Part shown: positions 12,715 through 22,838 of the stretch, one piece after another
Position numbering within the stretch: position 1 is the first letter of the stretch
How the letters are laid out: the number at the start of each line of letters is the position of its first letter
NCBI RefSeq assembly: GCF_964204645.1
Contig: NW_027437458.1
Location: 34,001-98,000, forward strand
Length of the DNA: 64,000 nt
DNA from: Tubulanus polymorphus
Taxonomy: Eukaryota > Animalia > Nemertea
Reading direction: 5' to 3'
The notes under the pieces: generated by a model
What the model saw: the letters and a program-made list of their open reading frames with translations, nothing else
Database searches by the model: none
Told to the model about the DNA's origin: nothing
Translations under genes and position numbers: made by a program

Positions 12715-14562
12715 AAAAGTAAGATACAACGGTGTCTAATAATAAACATGTTGATAAGGTAGTATCTGATGAAATCAAAAAAGGCAACCTCCCTAAATCC
12801 GCAGTATCTCTAATTAATAAAAAACCTAGAACTAGTGTATTTTATCTATTACCTAAAATCCATAAAATAGACAACCCCGGACGACCAATTGTATCAGCAT
12901 ATAATTGCCCCACTGAACATATTTCAGAATTTTTAGATGACATCTGCCAGCCCATCGTACGCACATTACCCTCATATATAAAAGACAGCACCGATTTTTT
13001 GAATCAAATCAAAGATCTACCTGTTTGCCATGAGAGCCTATTGTTCACTATGGATGTCGAATCATTGTACACCGTAATACCACATAACAATGCCCTTGTC
13101 GCCTTGAAATATTATATTGAGAAAAATACTAATATACCATACCCCCCAACCACCTTATTAAAACTTGCTGAACTAGTCCTAAAACTCAACTGCTTTGAAT
13201 TCAATGGCTCATTTTACTGCCAAACATCAGGTATTTGTATGGGTACCAAATTTGGTCCTTCCATAGTCTGCTTTTTCATGGGACACTTAGAAGAAAGATT
13301 CTTAAACAATTATGTAGGGAGCATCCCTAATATCTATCTACAAACGTTTTATTGACAATATTTTTGGCATAACAAACACGCCCATTAACGAACTAGAAAG
13401 ATTCATTGAAAGTTTTGATTCTTTTCACCCTGCCATCAAAGTCACCTCCGCTATAAGCAATCCATCCAACTTTCTAGACATTACGGTATCAATTGTGTCT
13501 TCACACATTATAACAACCGTACATGATAAGGATACGGATTCTCATTCATACCTAAACTATCAATCGAATCACACCCACACGATCAAGGACAATATTCCTT
13601 TCGGGCAATTTCTTAGGTTAAAACGAATATGCTCAAATCATCACGACTTTCTAGCTAAAGCCGAAGAAATGAAATCGTTTTTTGAACGACGCAATTATCC
13701 ACGACGAATAATCAATTCAGCATAAAAAAAATGCGAGAATATTCCACGAGAAGACGCCCTTAGACCCAAATTTAAAGATATTGACAAAGCCTGTATACCC
13801 CTTATTCTCACATATAATGAATATAATGTGAAGGTAGCTAAAGTCATCCGTGATAACTTCAACATACTAATGAATGATGAACATATAGGTCAACTATTTG
13901 ATGACAACATTATAACCACGTTCAAAAACGATCAGAATATAAGAAACAAATTAGTTCGCGCGAAACTAAACCGAGCTGACAATGAAGTACCTAGTACTTT
14001 TACCTGTCAAAGAACTAGATGTTTTACATGCCCTTATGTATGCAATTCAAGTCACATTTATGGTAACAATTTTGAATTTCAAATTCGTTGTTCATTCACA
14101 TGCACTAGTGATAATGTAATTTACTGCATTCTTTGCCTTCGATGTAACATGAAATACATCGGTGAAACATCCCATCGACTAGGTGATCATTTCAGAGAAC
14201 ATTTGCGCCTTATTCGGAAAAACATTCCCTCTAATCCCATTAGTAAACATTTCAACTCCAACGGTCATGATACAAATGATATAACAGTAATGGCTCTAAT
14301 AACAATTGATAACACACATGATCGAAGAATTTAAGTATCCCAGCTCATTGAAAACCTAGGAACCCTACAACCATATGGTTTAAATCAGGAAGACGATACA
14401 TATAAACGGTCATAAATGTATGTATTTATCTAAATGTGAAAATTGAATGTATTAAATTTGTTCTTACTAAGGACATGTGTTTCCATTGAAGTCTATGTAA
14501 CTGATAACTGTTGCTGTTTGTTGTTGTACCGAAAAAGGCGAAATGGCCGAAATATCTACAAC
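12715..14562 (+). mobile_element. Penelope-like retroelement (Neptune-like), 5'-truncated and disabled; RT plus GIY-YIG
   Basis: FYLLPKIHK, PGRPIVS, MDVESLYT, GICMGT, Cys linker CQRTRCFTC, VIYCILC..C..KYIGET, LGTLQPYGLN; several frameshifts and stops. Confidence 0.92.
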
Positions 14563-14566
14563 TAAA

Positions 14567-15563
14567 TGTAACCGCACTTGCCTAAAATAAAAACTATGCC
14601 ACCGTGCGGGCATGAGTCCAGAACAGCAAATAAAAAAACAGTAATTCGTAGATGATATATATATATATATGGAAGATAAGTAATTTATTAAGTCTATAAT
14701 TCAAAAAAAAAAATAACTAAGGTACTTAGAAAAAAAATGAAAATAAACAGGGCCCTTTTTATGAAACTTAGATCAGAAAAATAATAATAAAATCAATTTA
14801 AATTAGCTTAAATGTAAGTCAATGATCAATTAAAAATCTTTTTCCTCAAAAGTTTATAAATTTTAACTTAGCGTCGCTCCAAAAAGATCGCTCTGCCGCT
14901 CCCGAAATTGTTCGCTGTGGTTCCTGTTGCTATCAAAAATCTGTAGTAATTGTTGATCTGTGGTTCCAAAATTTTTAAACGTTTGCTCAATGCGTCGTAT
15001 CTGTCGAATTTATAATTTACACGTCACGCAAATATCACTGATGATGAAAGTCCACTGGTGGTACCCGGAGTTTGGTAGACGGAAAAAAAAACCAGTTTTA
15101 CTTAACGTTTTTTATCACCAAGCTGGTTAAACCTGTGGCCGTAAAACTTTAACTACCACTAATAACAAGTGTCCTTCCGAATCACTTTCCAATCACGAAC
15201 ACAACTCCGTAATGATTAAAATTCAATCCCGTTAGAAGTTCTCCAACAGTATAAAAAAAGTTTGTGACGATTATGACAACTGCCACAAAAGATTTCTTAT
15301 ATAAATTACGTATCAAGTTTTACTAGTTGTAAAAACTCAAAAATTGCAGGAGAACTCGAGTTGAGCTTCCTCCTTTCTCGAAATCTCAAAAGCGTCTCCC
15401 CTCTCTCCAAACTATCCACGCCCAACTTCCTGCAGGGGCTCCCTTAAAAATAATCTCTCAAAAATCCATTCAAGTCAAAAATTAGATAGTTTATCCCCTA
15501 AAATGGTGAAAAAGAACTTACCCAAAATAAAACTAATGTATTTAACTCCCGCCATATAATTGT
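14567..15563 (-). repeat. Gypsy 3' LTR (truncated by deletion)
   Basis: Collinear, near-identical copy of 38091-39110; similarity stops abruptly at ..ataattgtg. Confidence 0.95.
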
Positions 15564-15732
15564 GTAATTGGGGGATCAGGGTCCCGACTTATCGTGGAAG
15601 CAGTTGATTCAGAGGTCCTGGTTTTGATGAGAGGTCCTGGTCAACTATGGGGGTAAGTCTCAGAGGCCTAAGCCCACTCAACACCGGGCGGCGGCCAGTA
15701 AGATCTTTGAGGCTCAGGAGGGTCAAGAAGAG

Positions 15733-16629
15733 GTGGTCCTCGCCCCTCATGCAAGCTACCGCGAGGAATTGAAAGAGGCCTTGGATTCCACATTATGGGG
15801 TTCAAAGAGAACCTCTCAGGAGTGGACTTGGCCCCCCCTGGAGTCAGGGGCGAAGGATAATAGGTTCTTCACGGCGGTAGACCCGAAGATAAGAGGGTTC
15901 AGAACCGGGTTCTATTCAACCCCGGGGTTCTCCTTCGAACCGCACACGTCGTTGGACGTGGACGCCAGCTCGATAGGGCTCCCGTCCGTTTTACCACCAT
16001 CGCTCTCCATGCCTAAGCAGGCTCTTCAGGCTCTACAGAGTTTGTCAGAGAGCTTGTGTATGATAAATAGCTTCCAGGACGCTTTATTAGCCATGCATGG
16101 TGAATTGTCGGCGGTCAAGGAGGTTCTTGCTAGAGACAACCCTGACCCCAACGAGATAGCCGACAAGGTTGTGGTCTTGGATAGGTTGTTACAGTCTTTG
16201 GCAAAGTCCTTGTGCCATCAGGTACCCTTAGCGATAAGGGTGCAAGCTAATTTGGCTCTGGTGGCGCGTCAGTCGTTGCTAAAGGATGCCAAACTTCCGG
16301 ACCCAGTGAAGAAGGCCTTATACAGGGCTCCGCTCGGCGAATCGTCTCGCTTGTTTTCCGGTTGGTGTGGTCCGGCTGCAGTCCAGGCACAGAAGATCAG
16401 GGAAACTCAGAGTAAGCCCGGAGTTTGGCGTATTCAGAAGAAGTCGGGTGACCAGGGGACCTCCAGTGTTGATTTGTCCTCCAAGCTGCAACAGAAGTCT
16501 GTTTTGGGTTCAGCCCCTAGACAGCAGTTGGGCAAGCCCGAGGCCCGGAATAGGTCCTTCAAGGGGAAGGGAAAAGGCCCCAAGAATGGACAGGGGTTTC
16601 GGAAGTTTGCGAGGAAGGACAAGCTATGA
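15733..16629 (+). CDS. DIRS gag-like ORF1, C-terminal part
   Basis: 298-aa ORF with RQSLLK..L..APL..LF and a basic tail; overlaps the pol start, as is typical of DIRS. Confidence 0.7.
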   Translation: MVLAPHASYREELKEALDSTLWGSKRTSQEWTWPPLESGAKDNRFFTAVDPKIRGFRTGFYSTPGFSFEPHTSLDVDASSIGLPSVLPPSLSMPKQALQALQSLSESLCMINSFQDALLAMHGELSAVKEVLARDNPDPNEIADKVVVLDRLLQSLAKSLCHQVPLAIRVQANLALVARQSLLKDAKLPDPVKKALYRAPLGESSRLFSGWCGPAAVQAQKIRETQSKPGVWRIQKKSGDQGTSSVDLSSKLQQKSVLGSAPRQQLGKPEARNRSFKGKGKGPKNGQGFRKFARKDKL

Positions 16630-18550
16630 AGGCCAGGGACCAGTGGGGGCCTGTTTACAAACCTGCGCTTCCCACTGGTCCGCCATTTTTGGCGATACCT
16701 GGCCGACTCGGGTTGTCTCGACTGGGTATCGCATGTCGTTCAGAGAGAGGCCGCCCTTGACCAGGACCCCGGAGGACATGAAGCCCAAACAGGGCCAGGA
16801 GCTGCACATAGATCCAGCCATTCAGGAGCTCTGGGACAAAAGGGCACTGGAATTGGTCGAGGATCCAGGGTCTCGGGACTGGTACTCGAGAATTTTTACA
16901 GTACCCAAGGCGTCGGGAGGTCTCAGAACGGTCATAGATCTGTCGATGCTGAACAAGTACCTCGATTGTCAAAAGTTCAAAATGACCACGCCAAAGGAGA
17001 TCATTCAAGGGCTACGCCCGGGTCAATGGGCAGCATCCATAGATCTAAAGGATGCTTATTTCCAGGTCCCTATCCACCCCAGCTACAGGAAATATCTCCG
17101 GGTGAAGTGGAAGGGGCAAGTGTATCAGTTCCGTTCTCTGCCCTTCGGGCTCAGCTCGGCACCCTGGGTCTTCACCAAACTAGTCAGGGCCGTTCAAAAA
17201 AAAAAAAAAGTTGCAATCTCGAGGGGTAAGGCTTTACGTCTACCTGGACGATTGGCTGATAGTAGGGGCCTCCCGCGAGGAGTGTCGCCACGGGGTCGAA
17301 TTGACCCTCGGCATGATACAAGACCTGGGCTTCAGAGTCAACACAGAGAGGTCCCGGCTTTCGCCGTCTCAGGAGTTCACATACCTCGGTATGGACTTCG
17401 ATTTGCGACAGGGACGCGTTCGCCCCACTGCAGCCAGAGTACTGAAGCTGTTCCAGGCTCTTCGTCCTCTGTTACAGGGAGTTCCCCACTCTGCTCGGTA
17501 TTGGAGCAGGGTGCTGGGTCAGATCAGCTCCATGTCAGCCGTATTTCCATTGGGCAGGCTTCACAGTCGGCCGCTGCAGAGGTTTTGGAAGACCGCGTGC
17601 GCTGCCTTAAGCCTCAGTTTGGATGCGTTTATGCCCCCCACGCCCCCCCATCTGTTGGGCGCCCTTCGATGGTGGATGCTTCCACGGAATGTGAGGCAGG
17701 GAGCATCCCTAGCCCCGATCCAGGCTCCAGTCTATCTTTATACGGATGCGAGCCATTACGGATGGGGTGCTCACGTCGAGGAGTCGCGGAAGGCGGGGGT
17801 GTGATCGGGCCGGGAGTCGAAGTTTCATAAACTACCTCGAGCTTCTAGCAGTGTTGAAGGCCCTGAGGTTTTTCGTAAAGAGGTTAGAGGGCTGTCATGT
17901 CTGGGTAGTGACCGACAACACAACAGTCCGGGCTTATCTGAAAAAGCCCACAACATTCAGTTGTCGGTGTCTCACCTAGCCGGGGCGCGGAATGTAGTGG
18001 CCGACGCCCTCTCCCGTCGGGACAAAGCGATCCCGACGGAATGGGTACTTCATCAGTCTGTGGCCAACAGGGTCAAGGCTCTGACGGGCCACCCTGTATT
18101 GGATCTTTTTGCGACCAGGTTCTACGCCAGGTGCCCGGTGTTCGTATCCCCATTTCAAGACGCAATGGCGTGGCAGGTGGATGCCCTGTCGATAGATTGG
18201 GAGGGTCTGCACGCTTATGCGTTTCCGCCCTCTCCTCTGCTGAATCAGCTGCTGTCCAAGATCGAGGACACGGAGTCGTGCAACGTTCTCCTGATAGCTC
18301 CTTGCTGGCCGGCTCAGTCGTAGTTCGTGAGGCTGTTACATCTACTTTGCGACCATCCCAGGCTGCTTCCTCAGGAACCGTTTCTCCTGTCTCAAGGGCA
18401 GTTTCGTCAGCACCCCAACCTGCAATGGCTCAATCTACACGCTTGGCCACTGTCGAGCGATCCTTGCAGAATCAAGGTTTTTCGTCGGCATCTGCCAAAT
18501 TTATCCTGGGGTCTAGGAGGTCGTTCACTAGGGCCCAGTATGATTCCAAG
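16620..18550 (+). pseudogene. DIRS pol: RT, RNase H and methyltransferase-like domain
   Basis: PVGACL, SRIFTVPK, IDLKDAYF, LPFGLSSAP, YLDDWL, TDASHYGWG, INYLEL, TDNTT, NVVADALSR, DLFAT, YAFPP, LIAPCWP. Frameshift at the A-run ~17200, deletion ~17950, stop at 18321. Confidence 0.92.
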
Positions 18551-19486
18551 TGGCAGCTGTTCCAGGATTGGTGCGATGGGCGACAAGTTGATTGTCTCTT
18601 ACCCGCTGTAGCAGATGTGGCGGATTTTCTCTTGTTTTCGTTCCGTGACAAAGGTCAGCAGGTGGTGACTATCAAAGGCTATAGGTCGGCTATAGCGCAC
18701 ACCTTGAAGGCTGGAGGTCGTCCATCGGTCACAGATGACCCTAGAATAGCCCAATTAATTGCGGGTTTTTCGATTCAGCGGCCGCGGTTGTCAAGAGATA
18801 TTCCTCCTTGGGATCTGACTGTGGTTTTGAAATACTTAATGGAGCGTCCTTATGAGCCATTGGAAGTTCTTTCTTTGGCTAGACTGACCAGGAAGACTGC
18901 TTTCCTTTTATGCTTGGCTATGGCAGCTCGGAGGTCCGAGCTCCATGCTCTGTCGGTGAGGCCTGGGCATGTGGTTTTTGGTCCACTTGATCGCTCGGTC
19001 ACCTTGAGGCCTGGGCTTGGTTTTTTGGCCAAGAACCAAAAATCGTCTTCGGCAGGGAGGTCATGGACGATACCGGCTTTAGCCTATCAGGTTTCGGATG
19101 ATTTACCAGATGGGGCTCTCTGCCCAGTCAGGGCGCTCAAAGCTTATTTAGCTCGCACCTTACTCTTTAGAAAGGGGAGGGAAAGGTTGTTTTTGTCTCT
19201 GATGGAGAATTCGGACAGGGATATCTCTAGAGATAAAGTATGGAGATGGATTGTGACCTTGATTAAAGAGGCTTTAAATAGGGAAGGAGCCCCAGAGTCC
19301 CAGGAAGTAGTTTCGCGTCAGGTCAGATCGCTTGCTTCTTGGTCCGCCTTCATGGACGCGTCTATTGATGCAATCTGTAAGGCGGCCTTCTGGGGCTCCC
19401 CCTCTACGTTCTCGTCCTTCTTTCTTCGTGACGTGTCAGGCCAGTTAGGGTCGTTAACGGCCATTGGTTCTGTAGTTATGGCTTAA
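18400..19486 (+). CDS. DIRS tyrosine recombinase (probably inactive)
   Basis: TIKGYRSAI, PPWDL, KTAFLL.LA.ARRSELHAL, LCPVRAL..Y, AAFW.S..TF. Overlaps the MT region in another frame; start position uncertain. Confidence 0.88.
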
Positions 19487-19909
19487 GGGGTTAGTCGTCC
19501 CCCTAAGCCGGTTGACTCGCGTATTCCTGCGGACCCCTTTCTACCGGGTCCAGGGGATTAGGGTTTTTTCACTGGAAGGATTTGCGTGCGATTCAGGGAA
19601 TCTCGTGTTTCAGTTCGCTTTGTTTACTGTCTGGGTTTCACAGGGATGAAATTGGACATGTACTGTAATTACCAAGTAATTTTTGTTTTTTCTTGGGTAT
19701 GCGATGTTGTGGTAGGACAGAGGGGACTACCCGTGTATTTTTATTAACCCTTGGAGCGTCTCGGCAGGGATCGGATCTCATTCGTTCTGGTCGCTGTCTT
19801 TCAGCTCGAAAGGTGAGCATAGTTCTCCTTATTTTTGGAGGTCTGTGTTCGTTTTTTGGGTGTATTTGTTCTTCAACTTGGCCGTCCCTCCTCCTTATCT
19901 GTGGGATTC

Positions 19910-20210
19910 TGGCTAGTATGTTTTGCAGGGAATGTATATGAAGGGAATATTACAATTTTTAGTATGAAAATTTGTATTCCCGAGTATACTTACCTGCAAA
20001 ACATACGTTTAAGTCCCTCCCGCCTCCCCGCTCATTGGGTTATGTTACCCCAGAATAATATGAGCGTATTTCCGGTGGCGCCACCGGCTGGTGGTAGTAG
20101 GCCAAGTTGAATTTCGGGCGGTTATACCAGCAAGCTAAGGTTACTGGCTAGTATGTTTTGCAGGTAAGTATACTCGAGAATACAAATTTTCATACTAAAA
20201 ATTGTAATTT
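19910..20210 (+). repeat. DIRS ICR, right ITR and 3' extension
   Basis: tggctagtatgttttgcagg occurs twice (~19910 and ~20145); 19948-20006 is the reverse complement of 20151-20209. Confidence 0.88.
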
Positions 20211-20632
20211 TCCTATTTTTTCCTATTTTCCAGTGCTTGTCCTATTTTGTCCTATTTTTATATGAAAAAGTCCTATTTGTCCTATTTTCTCTCATTTTCC
20301 AGCTCGTCGACCACTTGTTATCGACAAAAATGTTCTTTATATCTTTTCATATGATGTGCAACACCATTTTGAGAGTTTGGTAGAACCTGCAGCATTCATG
20401 TTCAGTAAGTCCTGGCTATATAACTTCTTTTCTAATCTTTATATCCTAACATGCCCATTGATTTTGTTCCAAATGTCACATGTTGCTGTGCAACTGGGCT
20501 TTGGCTATATGAGGGTTACAATCATGTATAACCAGAGGCGGTCCGCCTCAGGTATGCATTGCCAAGTATCACCACAGGGATGCTCTGTTGTGATCTAGCT
20601 GTGTGCAGTGACATTATGTTTGTAAGTTTATA

Positions 20633-20720
20633 CAGTGTAACCTCGATATAACGAACTCCATGGGACTGAAATCTAGTTCGTTATATCAGGTGATAATTGT
20701 AATAAATCGAGGTTCCACTG
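20633..20720. mobile_element. tiny CAGT-type (Tigger-like) MITE
   Basis: ta|cagtgtaacctcgat ... atcgaggttccactg|ta. Confidence 0.7.
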
Positions 20721-20738
20721 TAGATAAGATTTTAAGTA

Positions 20739-21340
20739 CCGTAAAAACCGGCGTATATGTCTACGCGGCGTATAAGTCAGGGTCGATTTTTTTACCTACA
20801 TTTCATGATTTTAACATATATCCGGCTTATAAGTCGAGTCCCTTCTCTTAGAAGAATAATTACTAGTATCATTGTATTGAATAGTTTGTTTTGATAACGA
20901 TGTGTGCCTTCACGCACGCCATTGCGCGTCAGCCTGATTGCTGCTGTGTGTTAATCAATAGACTGTTACACACACACTCGGGTATAATACACTACCATAC
21001 AGTGATACAGTAGTATGAGTCACACTCTATATATAGCCTTTATATAGCGGAATGTATTAAGCGCTGCTATGAGCGCGCATATATGAATACATCCTTTTAA
21101 ATGAAGCTGTGTCAAAATGAAAGAAGTTTTTTTCATTAAATAGCTTTATTTATCATGAATAATTATTGAAACTGTTATAGCAGTGAGAAGATGAACACTG
21201 TCTTTTTTGTCTGGTAGAATCAATATTTCTTTTACCTGAAAATACTTAGTAGAAAACTGTACTCGGCGTATAAGTCGAGGTCAATAATTTAGTGGTAAAA
21301 TCAAGGGTTAAAAACTCGACTTATACGCCGGTTTTTACGG
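20739..21340. mobile_element. Tc1/mariner-type MITE, copy A
   Basis: TIR ccgtaaaaaccggcgtata and TA TSD; second copy at 49404-50012. Confidence 0.92.
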
Positions 21341-21689
21341 TAGTAATATTGTGATACCTTTTGTATTTACCGGGTACCTCACTGCGATGTATATTGAGTT
21401 GCTGCTGTCAATCAGTTAATTGTGAAATGTTTCTTTCGAAAAAAAGAAATGAAAAAATGTAATAAATTAGTTTTGTTTTCTAGTTTCAGATTACTGAAGT
21501 TCATTCAAGACATCTGTGAAGATGATGCTGCAGGCTGTATCCTCTCTTCATATATTAAAGTCCTATTTTCTGATGGATATCCTATATATTCTATGAAATT
21601 TTCCTATTTCTGGACACTCTTCCTTTTTTTTTTTTTATGGACCAGATCACTGGAACCCCTGATGTCGTGTAATACTGAAACTCTATTGG

Positions 21690-22753
21690 CTATTGACTTT
21701 CCACGATCAAAATATTCCAGTCGCGCAGGTCTCCTTCTCTCATGCCGTGATCTGACCGGTTGTTCTCATATGACGATATCAGAGTCATCTGACTCCGAAA
21801 CTGAGTGATCACTGACAGCATCACTAATAACGACTTTATTCGGGGGAGGCAAAACTAGACGATTCCCCTCGGAATCTGAACTGTCAGAGTCGGAACTGTC
21901 CTCAGAAAGGGGTCTTTTACAGGCACAGCCTGATTGCTTTTACTTCTTGTCTTGCCTTTATCTACGAGATTTGGGGTTGGTAAAGGCAGGAATCCACATG
22001 GAAGAAGTAAGTTTCGATGAAAAATACGTTTGTCCCCTAATCCATCTTCCCTCTGTACTCTGTAGACTACCTCTCCTAATTTCTCCTCGACGATGTAGAC
22101 ATCAGGCTTCCACCTAGGAGCCAATTTGTGTTTACCTTTGATGCCAACATTCCGAATCAGTACTCGGTCCCCTAGTTCTAAGAAACTTTTCTCCACTTTC
22201 TGGTTGTAGCGAGCTTGATTATATCCGCTGTTCTTCATAGCACTTTCTTGAGCCAGCCTGTATGCAGTATCTAGCTTAGATCTTAGATCACTAGCGTATT
22301 TAGAATAACTTTTGTTCTGATCTGAAGGTGTGTCTCTGAGATTGAAGAGCCAATCCACTGCGAGGCGGGGTTGTCGCCCAAACATCAACTGAAATGGTGA
22401 ATAACCGGTGGCATCATTTTTGGTACAGTTGTAGGCATATGTGAGATACCTCACATGCTGTGACCAACGGCTACGCTTATCCTCGCTCAAAGTTCCCAAC
22501 ATACCAAGGAGTGTGCGATTGAACCTCTCACACTGACCATTACTAGGTGGATGGTATGGACTGGAGAGAGAGTTCCTAATTCCCGCAATCTTCTTTAGAT
22601 CTCTACATAACTTGCTAGTAAAACTGGATCCTCTGTCGCTATGGAGTCTACGAGGGAACCCGAAATCTAGGAAGAAGTTTTTACCACAGCACCTCTGCGA
22701 CTTGTTTTGTAGTCTGATTTCTAGTCACTATAGCTCTAGAGAATCTTGTATAG
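21690..22753 (-). pseudogene. Gypsy integrase, C-terminal part
   Basis: YTRFSRA, RLHSDRGSSF, PYHPPSNGQCERFNRTL, AYNCTKNDATGYSPFQLMFGR and a GPY/F-like region; continues from VITDH at 33124. Confidence 0.9.
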
Positions 22754-22838
22754 ATTGATTGATATTTTATTTACATAGAACATATACAATAATACAGAGA
22801 CAAGAATTATTAAACACATGATGAAAATACTAATTTAA

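Larger units (their letters stand above)
15564..20210 (+). mobile_element. DIRS1-like tyrosine-recombinase retrotransposon, 5' end deleted
   Basis: GC-rich overlapping gag-like, RT-RH-MT and YR ORFs; ICR, right ITR and 3' extension present. Confidence 0.93.
20211..21661. mobile_element. right part of a hAT-like non-autonomous element
   Basis: Clustered cctattt subterminal repeats at both ends and a terminus gatcactggaacccctg abutting the Gypsy pol end. The left TIR is missing. Confidence 0.55.

Noticed and set aside
17210-17830. novel C-terminal domain of the 487-aa ORF 16367..17830
   Set aside because: Out-of-frame read-through after the A-run frameshift; the RT continues in ORF 17211..17804.
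15564-20210. bacterial or phage insertion (GC-rich, integrase plus methylase)
   Set aside because: The RT/RNase H, overlapping ORFs and ICR/ITR structure identify a eukaryotic DIRS element.
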